Below, piece after piece: positions 61,948 to 64,000 of a DNA stretch of 64,000 nucleotides. The first letter of the stretch is position 1, and each line of letters opens with the position of its first letter. The notes below the pieces were generated by a model, which was not told the DNA's origin, did not search any database, and was given only the letters and a program-made list of their open reading frames with translations. A program made the translations under genes and the position numbers. Origin of the DNA: Marsupella aquatica (taxonomy: Eukaryota; Plantae; Marchantiophyta); contig OZ316892.1 of the NCBI GenBank assembly GCA_973895155.1, positions 4,176,510 through 4,240,509 of the forward strand. Direction: 5' to 3'.

Positions 61948-64000
61948 ATGGATCCTACCGGAACCTCAAAGCGGAAAAGAGACTCGTCTAAAGCTGCTTC
62001 TCGTAAGAAAACCAAGACAAAAATGACTCCCGCGGAGACATCCATACTTGCATATCGAGGAAAGTCAATTAGAGAGAGAACAACGGAGACGAAGAGTATC
62101 CATCTCTTTGAATTGACTGAGATATCCGATTTTGGAATAGTCATTTGCAATGGGGCTGTCCGTCTTGTGATGGCAAGAAATGATAAAGCTACAGTTTTGG
62201 AGAGATAAAAAATTCTCGGGTGTTTCTTTGAGAAGAACATGAAAGTTAAAGAGTGTATAGAGGGATTGGTTCTGCTAGTCAGCGACGACCAACAGGAAGA
62301 CAAAATAAGCATTTGTTTGGATCGAACGCAATATATAACCTTCAATCAGCCCAGAATCAATGATCTTCTAGGTGCAAGGCACGCCTTGGAAAAAGTTACT
62401 AGTGTGGAATCTATCCTTCCGATCCAGAGGGATCAACGGGAGATTTAATTTGTCAATACATTATTGACGTACTTGAGTTCCAGAGAGTTCCTTTCAACCA
62501 GGGATTTCGCTTGGGAAAGGCCCCGCCAGTGAGCAAGGTTGAAGTATACTTGGCGGAGAATCTTCTGAAAGTAATTACCTCAGTGAATGTCGGGGCTCTA
62601 TTCGATTCTTTCCTCAAAGAATATAGTGCTGTGAATATATTTAACAGCAAGTCATTTTTTGTTGAGATATCACGTTGTCATCTTGCACCGGACCACATCA
62701 AGTGCCGAGAGTGGAATCAGGATTACACAGATAGGCTAAAGAATTCACTCCTCTCTCATTCGGCTATAAAGTTTGAGAAGCGATGCTGCTTTTTAGTCCC
62801 TGTGAAGTGGGTTCAGTCGGAGGCCGACAGAGATCCCGACTACAATGGGGCGCCCTACGATTCATCGCCAAAGGAGGAGGACATTATGACCAGTCATTTT
62901 TGGATACTCGGAGGCCAGCACACAATAATGGCGTACAAATTGCTAAGAGAGGACGACAAAGTCAGCCAAGTTGTACGAGACGCTTGCGGTACTGTAGAAG
63001 CTGTAATGTTTTGGGCAACGCTCAACAACGACAATAATGTTCATTTGATGGGATTATCGAAAGCTCTGAACCACTGTCATCAAACATCAATGGAAGAAGG
63101 ACAGTTTCTCACCATTGTACGACAGTGTCGTAATATCTGGAACTCATTTGGGCGGCCTGGATCACATTATTGTCATCCAAATTGGAAGGTATATAAATAT
63201 CCCTCTTCGATCACATTATCATTTAAACTTTTGTCACGCGAACGGTCGCGTCAAGCTTAGAATTGTCATGTTTCCATTGTTTTTCAGGTATTTATGAGAG
63301 CTACGAGTTTTGTTTGCCCATGGGCTCAAATGGGGAAGAACGAAATGATGAAATTTGGAGAATTGGCTCCGTTTCTCTTTACAATGGAGGACGAAACATT
63401 CAAGAAGTGGATGGAGGTCTACGAACTATCAAGGACAGGAGAGCTTGTAATTTACAACAGAATTTTATAGAGGGATGCCATCAAAATTGCGGATAATCCA
63501 TGTGCTTATCATCTTCTGAAGAAGACGTTCCGTTCTTGTCAAGGGTGCTCAGACTCGGTTCTTCGAAAGGCAGCGGAATATATGTTGAGCGGAAGACTGT
63601 CTATACTCAAAAACCGAAGCATCAAAGTGAAATCTAGGAAGGCGAGGAAGTCCTCTGAGGCTCCAGTGTTGTCAACGACCAGCATGAGTTTGGAGCAATT
63701 CTGTATAAAGAAGAAGACGAAAGTTGAGTTTGAGATTTTATTATTGAGTAAACTCAACGGGGAGACATCCACCCGGACGGAGCTGAAAAGTCTGACAGAT
63801 TCAGCGCAGAAATTGCGGGTCAAAGGAATGATTGATCGCTTTAAGCTCAACAAGATGGTGCTGAAGCAGTTGAGACATGCGATGAGTGGTTATCTGAAGA
63901 AGTGCTTAAATGTAAATATTAGTAATGATAATTTGTTGAAGGAGATCGACCCTATATTCTACAGGTTGGTGGAAGGAATACAGAAATCAGTTGATAGTCA
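61948..64000 (+). pseudogene. Large spliced gene with a ParB/Srx-like domain, disrupted, runs off the right edge
   Basis: N-terminal NLS-like stretch; CREWNQDYTDRLKNSL…FWILGGQHTIMAY…LSKALN; stop at 62206, frameshift near 62420, intron 63189-63287, stop near 63468, frame open to 64000. Confidence 0.6.

Larger units (their letters stand above)
50161..64000. mobile_element. Large putative DNA transposon (DUF7869/Sola1-like transposase with cargo genes); termini not identified
   Basis: Transposase-like gene, with one palindromic motif dispersed from 53741 to 63251 linking the repeat arrays and cargo ORFs. Confidence 0.6.

Overview
Transposon-dense window from a land-plant nuclear genome (spliced genes, CACTA/L1/Helitron/Athila-Tat-type elements; a non-seed plant is my guess, not shown). 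I find no intact ordinary host gene. Left to right: (1) a fold-back inverted duplication centred on (TAAACCC)3; (2) CACTA-1 (412-11190), whose transposase intron holds an intact SET-domain exon in frame with transposase exon 1; (3) the 3' end of a Helitron; (4) a young non-autonomous LTR element (12995-40535, TSD TAATG) whose 5' LTR is split by a 21-kb CACTA-2 (13665-34722, TSD ATA). CACTA-2 carries co-oriented cargo ORFs (EDM2-like PHD fingers, tandem Pol-lambda-like BRCT, a Cys-rich ORF), a captured RPL18a exon and a nested 4.0-kb TG..CA element; (5) a near-intact L1 LINE; (6) a large element running off the right edge with a DUF7869/Sola1-like transposase, three small F-box ORFs, a ParB-like gene and many copies of a 16-bp CG-rich palindrome. 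The main theme is DNA transposons carrying their own chromatin, repair and ubiquitin-pathway modules. All domain calls are by eye from motifs; no searches were run.
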